Virus record (IMG/VR): IMGVR_UViG_3300043427_002668
Strand: one strand, 5' to 3'
Source: a virus
Lineage: Duplodnaviria > Caudoviricetes
DNA length: 64,000 nucleotides
Numbering within the stretch: the first letter of the stretch is position 1; every line of letters starts with the position of its first letter. Positions 32,301-43,350 of this stretch are shown here, piece after piece. A model generated the notes under the pieces. That model searched no databases, had not been told where the DNA came from, and saw only the letters and a list, made by a program, of their open reading frames with translations. Position numbers and translations under genes: made by a program.

Positions 32301-35300
32301 TCGGGAACAATTACTATAAAAAATCATGGTTATCGTGAAGGGGAGATAATAACTTATAATTCAACTGATACGGATATAGGTGGACTTACCTCAGGTTCTT
32401 CTTATTATGTAAGTTTTGTTAGTGAGAATAAATTTAAACTATCTAACGTTGGTCTTGGAAATACTGAAAAAGACTTTTTCTATAAAACAGGAAATTACAT
32501 TAATTTTACATCAATTGGACTAGGAACTCACTCTTTTAATTATGAACCAATAACAATAACAGTTATTGGAAAAACTGGAATAGGAACCACTTATTCAAAT
32601 CAAGTAAATTTAAGGCCAATATTTACAGGGAAAGTTACATCGGTTCATTTGGAAAATAAGGGATTTTTGTATGGATCTGAGATTATTAATTATAACAGAC
32701 AACCAAATGTAACATTATTGAGTGGTAAAAACGCTCAGGCAAAACCAATAATACAAAATGGAAAAATAGTAGAAGTTGTAATAATTAATAGTGGAACTCA
32801 GTATTATTCTACTCCAAAAATTAATATTGTAGGAAATGGGTCTGGTGCCGTTCTTACTCCTATTATAGAAAATAATGTATTGAAAAAAATAAAAGTTATT
32901 TATGGTGGAGGTGGATATAAAGAAAATACAATAATTAATATAGTTCCATCAGGATCTGAGTCTAAATTTGAAACTAAGATTGCAACCTGGAGATTTAATC
33001 TTTTTGAAAGACTTTTTAGAAATAATCAAATTCCTCCAGATGATGGAGTCCTTTATGAAGGAAAAAATGATAAAAATGGTTTAGAGTATACTCATTTATA
33101 TGCACCTAGAAAATTAAGGTCTTCTGTTCTAGGGCAAAGAAGTCTTAATGGAAAAGTAGTTTATAATCCCGATTTAGAGTTAATCAATGGATCAGAATCT
33201 ATTTCACTAACCCATTCTCCAATAATTGGATGGGCATATGATGGAAATCCAATTTATGGACCTTATGGTTATACTTCTATAACCGGCGGTTCAATCAAAC
33301 AAATGGTTTCTGGTTATGAACTTATAGGTAATGCCGCAGTAAATCGACCAAATTATCCTTTTGGTTCTTTTGTTGAGGATTATTCATTTACTAATAATGG
33401 AGATCTAGATGAACATAATGGAAGATTTTGTGTTACTCCAGAATTTCCAAATGGGGTATATGCGTACTTCTGTACCATTGATACAGGTCTTCCACAAAAT
33501 AGTGAGCCATTTCTCAATTATAAAAAACCACAATTTCCTTATGTAATAGGAAATACTTATAAATCCTCTCCTATTGAATTTAATTTCTTATCCACTTCAA
33601 ATTTAAATAAATTCAATTTAAATGAATCATCCCTATTAAGAAATACAAAACCATATGGGATATTAGACAAATATACTCAATACGACCAAATTATTGATCC
33701 AAATAAAATTAAAAACCAAGTATCAAGAATAAAGTCAGTATCTGAGGGTAAAGTTGATTTTATTGGAATTGTAACGGGAGGAAATTCTTACAGAGTTAAT
33801 CAAGGTATTACACTGTCAGATCAGAAAACAAAAGCTTTTGTTTCCGAAATAGAAGGAAAATATGTTAACAATATTAGTGTGGCTACTACTACAATTTCTA
33901 ATATTGAATTTGTTCGAAATAATGATAAGTATGTTGGTTTTTCATCTGTACCTCACAACTTACTTACTAATGATCTTGTAGTTATTACCTCAACATATGA
34001 TTATAATATAACTGGCAATATAGATGTAAAAAATTACACATTAACCTTAAGATCTGGTATTGAGTCCTCATCAGTAACCGGAATAGTTACCTATTTAGAT
34101 GTCACAGGATCCTTAGATGAATCAAAAATTAGAGAAAATGACATATATTTTCTTGGAAATGAACAGATTAAAATATTAAATATAGATCCACAAAAGTCTA
34201 GATTAAGAATATTGAGAAATCAATATGGAACCATTGGGGTTTCTTCTATTTCTGTAGGAACTGCTATAACGGAGAATCCAAGAAAGTTTGAAATTAATTT
34301 TGGTATTACAACTTCATATGATTTTAATTACAACAGACAATTATACTTTGATCCTATTTTATCTGTTGGACTGGGGACAACTTCCGGAGTTGGAATTAAT
34401 TCAACTTTATTCTTAAGTACAAATAATTTTAAACATCCAGTATCTATAGGAACTGGCACTACTACATTTTTATATTTTTCTGATATTAAAGATCTTCAAG
34501 AGTATACTAGTGGTGGATATGTTGATTTAGTAGATTCTACCAATACTTCATTTAATGTATCTAAGAAAAAAATAGTTTCTATAGGATCAAGTGCTATAGG
34601 AATTAATTTTAATAGTTCAGCACTGTCTGGAACTGGTGTTATTTCATATGTAAATAAATGGATTTCTAAGGATATTCCTACAAGAACAATATATTTACCA
34701 AATCATAATTTAAATACTGGCGATTCCTTAATTTATTCTTCAAATGGTGGCACAAGAGTTTCTGTTTCGACAAATGGAATTTCCAATTTCCAACTTGGAG
34801 AAAATTCAATTCTTTATGTTGCAAAAATCTCTAGCGATTTAATTGGCATATCTACAATAAAAGTTGGATTGGGATCAACCGGAACGTTTGTTGGTGTTGG
34901 ATCAATTTCGTCTTCTATCTTATACCTCACTTCTGTTGGAACAGGTAACACTCATAGTTTTACTACTAACTATAATAATATTTTTGTTGCCGATTTATCA
35001 AAAAATGTGGCAACAATACAAACAAAGGAACCTCATGAATTAATTAGAAATGATTATGTTAATGTATCAGTTTTATCTGGGGTCAGTACATCAATTAAAT
35101 TTACATATAATAAAAAACATAGAAGAGTTTTGGTCGATCCAAAAACTTTTGTATCATCGAATGTAGATCTAATAAAAAATATTATAACAATCAATAAACA
35201 TAATTTTAAAACAGGACAGAAAGTTATTCACACTTGCACTGGATCTCCAGTGGGTGGGTTGATAAATGATAAAATTTATTTTGTAATAGTAATAGATCAG

Positions 35301-38300
35301 AATAAAATAAGGTTATCCGATACTTTTTATAATGCTATAAAGGCAGAACCAAATTACGTTATCTTTACGTCAACTTCATCCGGAACTATTTCAAAAATTA
35401 ATCCACAAATTGATATAGTCAAAAATTCTCAAGTAATTTTTGACTTATCGGACTCATCATTATCATTTACAAATAATTCAAAAGATTATCCCGCATTTAG
35501 TCTAGATTTTTATACAGATTCAACATTTACTAACAAGTATGAAAGTTCCGGATTAACCAAAAAATTTGATGTTACTAGATCTGGATTGGTTGGAATTGAC
35601 AGTCAGGCAAGGGTAACTCTAAATTCCACCAATTCCCCGAACATTTTATATTATAAACTAAATCCAATTAATACAAAAATTAATTCTAATGAAAATCTTG
35701 AAGTGATTATTGATACGGAAATAACAAACTCAAATAAAATTCAGATAACTGAAAGTTCATATAATGGAAGACATAAAATTGTTGGGGTTGGAAGCACTAC
35801 CTTTACATTTGATTTAGAAAAAAATCCAGAAACATCTTCGTATTCATCAGAATCTTCATCTATAAAATATTCTACAAATTCTTCCTCCGCAACTGGACAA
35901 ATAAGTAATGTTACGATTTATTCTACAAACACAAATTTAAAGTCTTTACCAAAAGTTGTTTCTTCTTCGGATATATCTAATTCTAGCGCAATATTATACG
36001 CTGAAGGATTTGGGATAGGAAGAGTAGAGCAAAAAAATATAGAAATACTAGACATTGGATTTGACTACTCTTCAGATTTTTCAATTAGACCGACCGCAAA
36101 GTTCTCATCTTTGTTTGAAATAGAATCATATTCTACTATAGAAAGTATTTCTGTTCTTTCGGTCGGTAAACAATATTCAGTAAAACCAGATTTAGTTCTA
36201 TTTGATACTTATACTAAAAAAATAATTAATGATGTTGTTCTGAATTATAATATTCAAAATCATAGTGTAACTATTCTTAAAAATACAAATAATATCACTG
36301 GAAATTATATTCCTTTAATTATACCAATAAACAACAGTAATGGAGTTGGAATAAGTTCAATTTCTTATAATTCTTCCAATAAGACGGTAACTGTTGGATT
36401 AGCAAAATCTTATAGTAGTATAAGTGACTTCCCATTTGCTGTAGGGGATAGTGTAGTTATTGAAAATGTAAGCGTTGGTATAGGATCCACATTAAAGGGA
36501 TATAATTCTTCAGAATATGAATATAGTTCATTTGAAATTATAAGTAGAGATCCAAATATTGGAGGTTCTAATGGAACTATAACCTATAGTATGAATAATT
36601 ATTTGAGCGATTCTGATATTTTAGGATCCTATGATTTGTTAAATTCTTCAGGTAAAATTATCAATACAAATAATTTACCAATCTTTGAGGTTAAAACTAA
36701 GAAAAAACAATTCTTTAAAAATGAAACTATTACATCAAATGGTTCTGCAGGAATAATTGAAAACCACGATACTGATAGAGATATTATTAAGGTCTCAACT
36801 GTTGATGATTTTTATGTGGGAAATATAGTAAAAGGATCATCCTCAAATACAATAGGAAAAATTAAAAAGATAAGTGAATTTGATCTTAATTATAATGTAT
36901 CTTCATCTACAGTTGTCAATAAAGGATGGTCTAAAGAAACTGGATTCTTAAATTATAACACTCAAAGAATACACGATAGTGATTATTATCAATATTTTTC
37001 ATATTCTGTTCAATCAAAAGTTGAATATGAAAAATGGAATGAAAATGTAAGTAAATTAACTCACACTTCTGGATTTAAAAAATTTAGTGATTTAATAGTT
37101 GATTCGGATTCAAAATATTCTGGAATGTCCAAGGATCAAAATAGCAGTGACATATCAGGAATATCAGACATCCATAGTGCTGCAAGCGTTCATTGTTACT
37201 ATGATTTTGACTTAGTAAGGGAGAATAATATTTCCTTTAATTCAGAAATAGGTTCTAATGAGATAACATTTAACTCAAAAATACTTCAGGATTACATAGA
37301 ATCTGTTGGCAATAGAGTATTAATTATTGATGATGTGTCAGATTCTTTTAGTAGTAGTCCGAGGACAAGTAAGTTTAGTATTGTGGATTCTTTTGATATT
37401 TCCGAAGATCCTTTTCTTTCTAACAGATATAAAAAGTATTTCTTTAGTATCAGAGATAAGGTATATTTGGATCCGGTTGAGGTTGGATTAATATCACTCC
37501 TACACGATGATAATTTTGGTTATTTAAATCAATATGGATTTACTAATTCGGAATATTCATTGGGAACTTTTGATTTTTCAATCAGTTCTGGATTTGGTCA
37601 ACTAAGATTTTTCCCAATTAATTTTTCTGAGCAAATTTATAGTGTCAATCTATTTTCTATCGGTTTTCCAAATGTTGCTGCTGGAGTAGGAAGCACAAAT
37701 ATTGGCAATATTGTAAATATATCTTCAAATTATGTTAATGTCAGTACAGCAAATACTACTTCGATAGTAAGTATTTCTTCTACCTATAGATCATCTAAAG
37801 TTTTGGTTCAAATTGGTTCTACAGATGGAAATTACTATGAAATAAATGAATTTACTCTTTTGAATGATGGGACAAATGTAAGTTCACTCGAATATGGAAT
37901 GTTGAATACAAATTCACTCAACTCGTATTCAACAAGTGGAATATCTACTTTTAATTTTAATATTGTTGGGGGCGATTTAAATGTTGAAATAAATCCAATA
38001 TCTGGTTATGGATCTAATATTAATGTAAATGCCTTTGTTGTTTCTATAGCTAATACTACTTCTACTGGAATTTCCACAGAACAATATTCTAATGGATATA
38101 TTAACTCCAGATTTAAACAAATATCTTCATCAGTAACTCCTTCAGCAAACGTAATTTCAAGTTTCGACTCTGCATCCAATGGAGCTTATTACATAGTTTC
38201 TATCGAAGATTTAACAAATAATGAGTATCAAACTTGCGAAATTATAATTGTCAGAAATGACGCCACTTCAGGAATTTCCGAATTTGGTGTAGTCCAAACA

Positions 38301-41300
38301 AACAATTCTTTAGGAGAATTTACTTCAGATATTTCTGGGTCGAATTGCAGATTATTATTTACACCAATTCCAAACATTGATGTTGAAGTTAGAGTTTGTG
38401 AATTTTCAATTTCAGAATTGGATGAAACATATCCAACAGAACTTGATTTTGGAAATGGTTTTTCCGTACAATACACAACATCCGAATATACTGGAACAGA
38501 TATTGATATAAGAAAATCGTTTGATTTAACTTATAAGAAAAATCCAATTTTCCAAAAAACTTTTAGTGGAATATCTAGTGGAGTTGTTAATGTTGAAGAT
38601 AATACAATACAAATTCCATATCATTATTTTGTAACAGGTGAAGAAGTTCAATATTCTTACCCAAATTCAAATGTATCGACTGCAAATGCTATTGGAATCG
38701 CTACAACTACCATTAGTGGAATAGGAAATACTGATAGATTACCCAACACTCTTTATATTGTAAAGGTGAATGACTCAAAAGTAAGAGTTTCTGCTTCAGC
38801 ATCAGAAGCTCTCAAAACAGTGCCAAATGTTCTGAATATAACTTCAGTTGGAATAGGGTCTCATACCTTTACCTCAAAGAAACAAAATTCAAAATGTTTA
38901 ATTTCCATAGACAATATAGTTCAATCTCCTATTGTTTCTACATCTATTACTTCAATATTAGCAACATCAGTTTCTAAAACTACAAATGTAATAGACATAT
39001 CAGATCCAAGCGAATTTTATGGCGGAGATTTTATTAAAATTAATGATGAAATTATGAAGATAAGATCTGTTGGTTTTGGAAGTACGAATTCGATTTTGGT
39101 TCAAAGACCGCTTCTAGGAACTTCACCCCAAAGTCATAATTCATCCGATATCGTTACAAAAATTTCTGGTCAATACAATATTGTTAACAATACACTGCAC
39201 TTTTCAGAACCTCCATTCGGAAAAGTACCATTTTTAAATGAAAATAATAGGGGAGATGAAGAAGATTATTATAAATTAGAAACTAGTTCAAAGTTTAATG
39301 GAAGAGTTTTTATAAGATCTGGGGTCGAAAATTCTTCAGAAGAAACTTATAAAAATAACTATATTTTTGATAGTATATCTTCAAATTTCACTGGATTTAC
39401 TACAGAATTTACTCTGACATCTAACAGTTCTAATATAAGTGGGATTGTTACTTCAAATGCAATTGTTTTGGTTAATAACGTTTTCCAATTTCCAAATAAA
39501 AATACAGGTTCTATCGAAGAAAATCAATATGAACTAAAAGAGTTTTCTGGTATTACAAGTATTACCTTTGAACCAAGTACTTTGACAAATTATTCTTCTG
39601 ATATTAATAAAACTAATTTACCTAGAGGTGGAATCATACTCTCTGTAGCCTCTACTGAGGGATTTGGTTATCAACCTCTTGTAGCGGCAGGTGGAACTGC
39701 TATTGTGTCTTTGGCTGGTACTATTCAGTCAATAAGTATCGGAAACAGTGGATCTGGTTATAGATCTGGAATTCAAACTGCAGTAAATGTTAGTGTGGCG
39801 ACTTCTAGCACAGGAATAGTTAATATTACTAAAATAGGAACCGCTACAGTAAATAATGGTAATATTGTAAGTGTTGCTATTACAAATCCCGGAATAGGAT
39901 ATACGTCAACAAATCCACCTATTGTTATATTCGATTCTCCTTTACCTTATTATAATATTCCATTAGTTTATAATTCATCATCTTCCGGAATTGGTACTGG
40001 AGCAAAAGTTAACATTATTGTGGGACAAGGATCTAGTGTTATTAATTTTGAAATTTCAAACTATGGATTTGGTTATGAGATTGGAGATATCTTAACAGTA
40101 AATATTGGAGGATCTACTGGAATTCCTACAAACACTTCTTTACCATTCAAAGAATTTAATTTAACAGTGGATCAAATTTATAATGATATATTCTATGGAT
40201 GGTCTGTTGGAGATCTTCAGGTTTTAGATTCTGTTGATGATCTAATAGATGGAAATCGCAAATTATTCCCAATTAAACTAAATGGACAACAAATTTCTAT
40301 TAGAGCAAGGAAGGGTTCAAGTATAGACGTTCAGGCAACATTATTAGTGTTTATAAATGACATATTACAAGTTCCCGGAGAAGGATATATTTTTAATGGT
40401 GGAAGTGTTATTGAAATCAGTGAATCTCTAAAAGAAGGAGATAAATTAAGAATTCTATTCTATAAAGGAACGGGAAGTGTTGATACTCAAAATGTAGATA
40501 TCCTTGAACCTGTTGAAATTGGCGATTTAGTTAATATAAATTCCACAGATTTAATTCTAGATCAAAGTGATAGATTAACGGAGCAAATTACTAATAGTGA
40601 TTTAATTGTAACAAATTCTTATTTTGGTGTTGGTATTTCGTCAGATTCAACTGTAGTCAGACCAATTACATTATGCAAACAAACTGAAGATAGATTTGTT
40701 GATGGAAAATATGTATCTAAAGATAGAAACATATATGAACCACTAATTTTCCCAACGACTAATATTATAGAAAATGTTAGTACATCTTCAACAACTATTT
40801 TTGTTGAAAGTGTAAAAACTTTCTTTGACAGTGGAAAAGAATACATTCAAAATAATGTAGACAATATTCCACAAAAATCCGTAAGAATATTATCACAAAC
40901 ATCAACATCCGTTGCTATTGCCACTGCAATAGTTTCTGCAGCTGGGTCCATAACTTCAATAGTAATTTCTGATGGGGGGGTTGGATATTCAACGAATCCT
41001 TCAGTGATTATACAGAATCCAGTGGGTTCCGGTGTAACAATTGGTATTGGATCTACAGCGTTAGTATCTTCTACAATATCCGTGGGTGGAACAGTTTCAT
41101 CAATAACTGTTGTAGATTCTGGAATTGGATATACAACATCAAATCCACCAGTAGTAATGATAGAACCACCATTTGCAACATATGAAGACATTAACAATGT
41201 TACATATAATGGTGACTTTGGAATAATAGTCGGTATTGCTACAACATCTCTTGTTGGAGTAGCTTCGACAGGCATTGTATTTGATCTATTTGTTCCAACA

Positions 41301-41753
41301 TCATCTGCTCTCAGAAATACTTCAATAAATGTGGGAGTTGCTACTACTGGTATAAGTGGAATACAGACAAATTATCTTTTTGTTGTAAGCAACTCAAATA
41401 TAGGAAATGGAGTTACTTCATTAAATTCTTCTGGATCAATAGTTGGTGTTGGTTCTACTTTCTTGGACGGAATTTATAGTGCTGTTAAAGTTTCTGTAGC
41501 GCAGACATCAGTTCCCGGTGTTGGGATTACAAATGTCTCCAGGGTTGTTGTAAGTGTTAGGAGTTATAATGGATTGACTGGAACTGGATACAGTGAGTTT
41601 TTTGGAAATTATTCTTGGGGAATATTATCAAACTTAACAAGAAAAAATCCGCAATCATTTACTGCAAATGTAAATGGATATAGTGGGATTTCTTCCTCTC
41701 CGATTGTTATTAGATCAAATTCACTTAAATATATTGGGTATTCTACCACATAA
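29319..41753 (+). CDS. gp7: Giant baseplate wedge initiator, gp7-like (4144 aa)
   Basis: Lies between gp6 and gp8; FLSQYY...; HSPIIGWAYDGNPIYGPYG; RIHDSDYYQYFSYS; many I-x-I-x-N-x-G-x-G-Y beta repeats. Confidence 0.75.
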   Translation: MKNTIKFYSIVESLVPEYVKIEFPLVVEFLSQYYKSQENQSAALDIIHNIDKYVQIDSVANLDLTTTLTYPLEFENEIFISSGKDLPKNYGLIKIDNEIIWYERLIDEEVTTSVFTINPGSTSIISTDVISDWIGKILIIRDSQGNIVNSTKILSIEDGLSVLTDSPLIIDTKSSVYNSSNTYTCEINGNRLINCTRGFNATTAYDSDSTTDELVYEETSIDTHNLGSEITNLSIIFLTEFFKKIKVQITPGFEDEEFYEKINEATFIRNIKQFYQSKGSDCSFEILFRALFGEDISIIRPRDFVIQASDAQYNIFRDLVVEQFEGNPEDLENLTLYQDAYLNIPQSKGTIAKIEKIQRGDVFYYTISLDQSKENTYSSNLGQFSIHPKTKTTIDVTVNSDFIDVDSTIGFPDSGELLVQNTNGTSFVVSYSSRTSTQFLDCNGINQDIGINSTIRLNTFAYGYNGSEQIKVFVGGVLSSVNIESSPYYSSPDEKIKIKTIGKNLTDIRADNWFYNITTKYDVKDITLVDTSNLVYQITLYDDSILKIGDSVSLLYSEGIVKNGIITGQSNKKSFFVVGFEDIDLSIKYTLKKNILKVNSLNYPELSKYSTNVQNVYIDRNQNIFVNSQSLPNYVFEPLLITDRTVTFSGSYIASETINVVSHKFYTGDSVVYEPGEGNNKLDIKKGIYFVYVVDGNTIKIARSRENIYTQNFIKVTGDVTNNKFILESFTTTELETKKLLPQNIFREISTPGIPPKNSKIETSPGTTGVFVNGVELLNYKSKDILYYGEIEEIFPTAGGNGYDIINPPVLSIEDDNGSGANGYVSIVGFLDRVDIVDPGFDYVETPTAIISGGNGKGAEVSLNLTSVDYSAFFNANIGINTTNDTIGFTTYHKFRNNEVVLYDPQGQTKITGLSTNSQYYASVIDPLTIKLYKNLEDSSAGINTVNLTGIGTGRQSFKSVAKKKQIGSVQVINSGFGYETKKRTVSSVGIDTFSGTITIKNHGYREGEIITYNSTDTDIGGLTSGSSYYVSFVSENKFKLSNVGLGNTEKDFFYKTGNYINFTSIGLGTHSFNYEPITITVIGKTGIGTTYSNQVNLRPIFTGKVTSVHLENKGFLYGSEIINYNRQPNVTLLSGKNAQAKPIIQNGKIVEVVIINSGTQYYSTPKINIVGNGSGAVLTPIIENNVLKKIKVIYGGGGYKENTIINIVPSGSESKFETKIATWRFNLFERLFRNNQIPPDDGVLYEGKNDKNGLEYTHLYAPRKLRSSVLGQRSLNGKVVYNPDLELINGSESISLTHSPIIGWAYDGNPIYGPYGYTSITGGSIKQMVSGYELIGNAAVNRPNYPFGSFVEDYSFTNNGDLDEHNGRFCVTPEFPNGVYAYFCTIDTGLPQNSEPFLNYKKPQFPYVIGNTYKSSPIEFNFLSTSNLNKFNLNESSLLRNTKPYGILDKYTQYDQIIDPNKIKNQVSRIKSVSEGKVDFIGIVTGGNSYRVNQGITLSDQKTKAFVSEIEGKYVNNISVATTTISNIEFVRNNDKYVGFSSVPHNLLTNDLVVITSTYDYNITGNIDVKNYTLTLRSGIESSSVTGIVTYLDVTGSLDESKIRENDIYFLGNEQIKILNIDPQKSRLRILRNQYGTIGVSSISVGTAITENPRKFEINFGITTSYDFNYNRQLYFDPILSVGLGTTSGVGINSTLFLSTNNFKHPVSIGTGTTTFLYFSDIKDLQEYTSGGYVDLVDSTNTSFNVSKKKIVSIGSSAIGINFNSSALSGTGVISYVNKWISKDIPTRTIYLPNHNLNTGDSLIYSSNGGTRVSVSTNGISNFQLGENSILYVAKISSDLIGISTIKVGLGSTGTFVGVGSISSSILYLTSVGTGNTHSFTTNYNNIFVADLSKNVATIQTKEPHELIRNDYVNVSVLSGVSTSIKFTYNKKHRRVLVDPKTFVSSNVDLIKNIITINKHNFKTGQKVIHTCTGSPVGGLINDKIYFVIVIDQNKIRLSDTFYNAIKAEPNYVIFTSTSSGTISKINPQIDIVKNSQVIFDLSDSSLSFTNNSKDYPAFSLDFYTDSTFTNKYESSGLTKKFDVTRSGLVGIDSQARVTLNSTNSPNILYYKLNPINTKINSNENLEVIIDTEITNSNKIQITESSYNGRHKIVGVGSTTFTFDLEKNPETSSYSSESSSIKYSTNSSSATGQISNVTIYSTNTNLKSLPKVVSSSDISNSSAILYAEGFGIGRVEQKNIEILDIGFDYSSDFSIRPTAKFSSLFEIESYSTIESISVLSVGKQYSVKPDLVLFDTYTKKIINDVVLNYNIQNHSVTILKNTNNITGNYIPLIIPINNSNGVGISSISYNSSNKTVTVGLAKSYSSISDFPFAVGDSVVIENVSVGIGSTLKGYNSSEYEYSSFEIISRDPNIGGSNGTITYSMNNYLSDSDILGSYDLLNSSGKIINTNNLPIFEVKTKKKQFFKNETITSNGSAGIIENHDTDRDIIKVSTVDDFYVGNIVKGSSSNTIGKIKKISEFDLNYNVSSSTVVNKGWSKETGFLNYNTQRIHDSDYYQYFSYSVQSKVEYEKWNENVSKLTHTSGFKKFSDLIVDSDSKYSGMSKDQNSSDISGISDIHSAASVHCYYDFDLVRENNISFNSEIGSNEITFNSKILQDYIESVGNRVLIIDDVSDSFSSSPRTSKFSIVDSFDISEDPFLSNRYKKYFFSIRDKVYLDPVEVGLISLLHDDNFGYLNQYGFTNSEYSLGTFDFSISSGFGQLRFFPINFSEQIYSVNLFSIGFPNVAAGVGSTNIGNIVNISSNYVNVSTANTTSIVSISSTYRSSKVLVQIGSTDGNYYEINEFTLLNDGTNVSSLEYGMLNTNSLNSYSTSGISTFNFNIVGGDLNVEINPISGYGSNINVNAFVVSIANTTSTGISTEQYSNGYINSRFKQISSSVTPSANVISSFDSASNGAYYIVSIEDLTNNEYQTCEIIIVRNDATSGISEFGVVQTNNSLGEFTSDISGSNCRLLFTPIPNIDVEVRVCEFSISELDETYPTELDFGNGFSVQYTTSEYTGTDIDIRKSFDLTYKKNPIFQKTFSGISSGVVNVEDNTIQIPYHYFVTGEEVQYSYPNSNVSTANAIGIATTTISGIGNTDRLPNTLYIVKVNDSKVRVSASASEALKTVPNVLNITSVGIGSHTFTSKKQNSKCLISIDNIVQSPIVSTSITSILATSVSKTTNVIDISDPSEFYGGDFIKINDEIMKIRSVGFGSTNSILVQRPLLGTSPQSHNSSDIVTKISGQYNIVNNTLHFSEPPFGKVPFLNENNRGDEEDYYKLETSSKFNGRVFIRSGVENSSEETYKNNYIFDSISSNFTGFTTEFTLTSNSSNISGIVTSNAIVLVNNVFQFPNKNTGSIEENQYELKEFSGITSITFEPSTLTNYSSDINKTNLPRGGIILSVASTEGFGYQPLVAAGGTAIVSLAGTIQSISIGNSGSGYRSGIQTAVNVSVATSSTGIVNITKIGTATVNNGNIVSVAITNPGIGYTSTNPPIVIFDSPLPYYNIPLVYNSSSSGIGTGAKVNIIVGQGSSVINFEISNYGFGYEIGDILTVNIGGSTGIPTNTSLPFKEFNLTVDQIYNDIFYGWSVGDLQVLDSVDDLIDGNRKLFPIKLNGQQISIRARKGSSIDVQATLLVFINDILQVPGEGYIFNGGSVIEISESLKEGDKLRILFYKGTGSVDTQNVDILEPVEIGDLVNINSTDLILDQSDRLTEQITNSDLIVTNSYFGVGISSDSTVVRPITLCKQTEDRFVDGKYVSKDRNIYEPLIFPTTNIIENVSTSSTTIFVESVKTFFDSGKEYIQNNVDNIPQKSVRILSQTSTSVAIATAIVSAAGSITSIVISDGGVGYSTNPSVIIQNPVGSGVTIGIGSTALVSSTISVGGTVSSITVVDSGIGYTTSNPPVVMIEPPFATYEDINNVTYNGDFGIIVGIATTSLVGVASTGIVFDLFVPTSSALRNTSINVGVATTGISGIQTNYLFVVSNSNIGNGVTSLNSSGSIVGVGSTFLDGIYSAVKVSVAQTSVPGVGITNVSRVVVSVRSYNGLTGTGYSEFFGNYSWGILSNLTRKNPQSFTANVNGYSGISSSPIVIRSNSLKYIGYSTT

Positions 41754-41756
41754 ATA
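41749..41756 (+). promoter_or_regulatory. Late promoter for gp8
   Basis: CATAAATA. Confidence 0.6.
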
Positions 41757-41772
41757 GATAAAAAACCACAAA

Positions 41773-43344
41773 ATGTCTGCAATTATAACTGATCAATTAC
41801 GAATATTGAATGCGAAGAATTTTGTTTCATCAGCAACAACTTCTTCCAATTCACATTATGTTTTTATCGGACTTCCAAATGCAACAGAATATAATTCAGA
41901 ATGGGATAAAAATCCACCTTCTCCTAGGGATAGTTTTGATGATGAAAATGATTATTGGGATACTATTATTGCTTTAAAGAAAATTAAACCAGAAGATGTT
42001 AAGCAAGTAGTTAGAAAGATTTCTTGGCAGTCTGGTATCACTTATGATATGTATCGTCATAAGATTTCTAGAGATAATTTATCATTGCCTTCTCAGGCAA
42101 CTAATTTATATTCCGCAAACTATTATGTAGTTAATAGTGAATATAAAGTTTATATTTGCATTCATAATGGAGCAGATCCAGAAAACCCTGAGGGTAGACC
42201 TTCATTAGATGAGCCAACTTTTGTAGATTTGGAGCCAAGATCTGCAGGGACAAGTGGAGATGGATATTTGTGGAAATATTTGTACACTATTTCCCCAAGT
42301 GATATTATAAAATTTGATGGAATTAATTATATCCCCGTACCTAAAAATTGGGGAGAAGATTCTGCAACATCAATTATTAAAGAAAATGCAAAAACAAGTA
42401 CTCAAATTAAAAATATAATTATAAGAAGCAGAGGAGATAACCTCGGTTCTCCGGGGATTTATTCTAATGTTCCAATTAAAGGAGACGGAACTGGAGCAGA
42501 AGCAACCATCATTATTAATGATAATTTTCAAGTTGAATCAATTACAGTATCTAATGGCGGATCTGGGTATACATACGCTTCAGTAGATATTGAATCTAGT
42601 GACATATCAACAACTGAGGTTGGATTTTCTTATCCACTATTTGAAGTTGTTATTCCGCCTGTGGGAGGTCACGGATATGATATCTATAGAGAACTTGGAT
42701 CTTACAACGTTTTAGTTTATTCCCGAGTTGAAAATGATTTGGAAAATCCAGATTTTATTCTAGGGAATCAAGTAGCAAGATTTGGAATTGTAAAAAATCC
42801 CCTTGCATATGAGTCGGAAGAAATTTTAAATGAGGACAAAGTTAGTGCAGTACATGCAATAAAACTTTCTGGAAATTTTCAAGATGCAGAATATATACCA
42901 GATAGTTTAATTACTCAAACAATTTCAACTGGAACAACAGCAATTGGAAAGGTTATTTCATATGATTCAAATACTGGAGTTTTGAAATATTGGCAAGATA
43001 GAACATTATATGGATTTAATTTTGATGGTACTGATAATTTGAATCCAACTTATGGATTTCAGAATATTTCATTCACTTCTTCACCAGGAACTGGTGGAAG
43101 TTTATCTATAGTTGGAGATCAATATTCATTATCCATAGATACATCTTTTGGTAGTGAATCTTTACCTGCATCAAGTACAACTATAAATAATAAAACATAC
43201 TATCTTGGACAAGAGTTTGTAGAGGGATTATCAAATCCTGAAGTAAAAAAACATTCTGGAGATATTATTTACGTTGACAATAGACCCTCAATTACCAGGT
43301 CTCAAAATCAAAAAGAAGATATCAAAGTCATTTTGCAATTTTAA
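41773..43344 (+). CDS. gp8: Baseplate wedge subunit gp8
   Basis: MSAIITDQLRILNA; YDMYRH; GDGYLWKYLYTI; KEDIKVILQF. Confidence 0.92.
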   Translation: MSAIITDQLRILNAKNFVSSATTSSNSHYVFIGLPNATEYNSEWDKNPPSPRDSFDDENDYWDTIIALKKIKPEDVKQVVRKISWQSGITYDMYRHKISRDNLSLPSQATNLYSANYYVVNSEYKVYICIHNGADPENPEGRPSLDEPTFVDLEPRSAGTSGDGYLWKYLYTISPSDIIKFDGINYIPVPKNWGEDSATSIIKENAKTSTQIKNIIIRSRGDNLGSPGIYSNVPIKGDGTGAEATIIINDNFQVESITVSNGGSGYTYASVDIESSDISTTEVGFSYPLFEVVIPPVGGHGYDIYRELGSYNVLVYSRVENDLENPDFILGNQVARFGIVKNPLAYESEEILNEDKVSAVHAIKLSGNFQDAEYIPDSLITQTISTGTTAIGKVISYDSNTGVLKYWQDRTLYGFNFDGTDNLNPTYGFQNISFTSSPGTGGSLSIVGDQYSLSIDTSFGSESLPASSTTINNKTYYLGQEFVEGLSNPEVKKHSGDIIYVDNRPSITRSQNQKEDIKVILQF

Positions 43345-43350
43345 AGAATT

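Noticed and set aside
29319-41753. 4144-aa ORF as a misassembly, intein host or repeat expansion
   Set aside because: It is a continuous frame in the gp6-gp7-gp8 position, giant gp7-like proteins are usual in cyanomyoviruses, and no intein motifs or exact DNA repeats were noticed.
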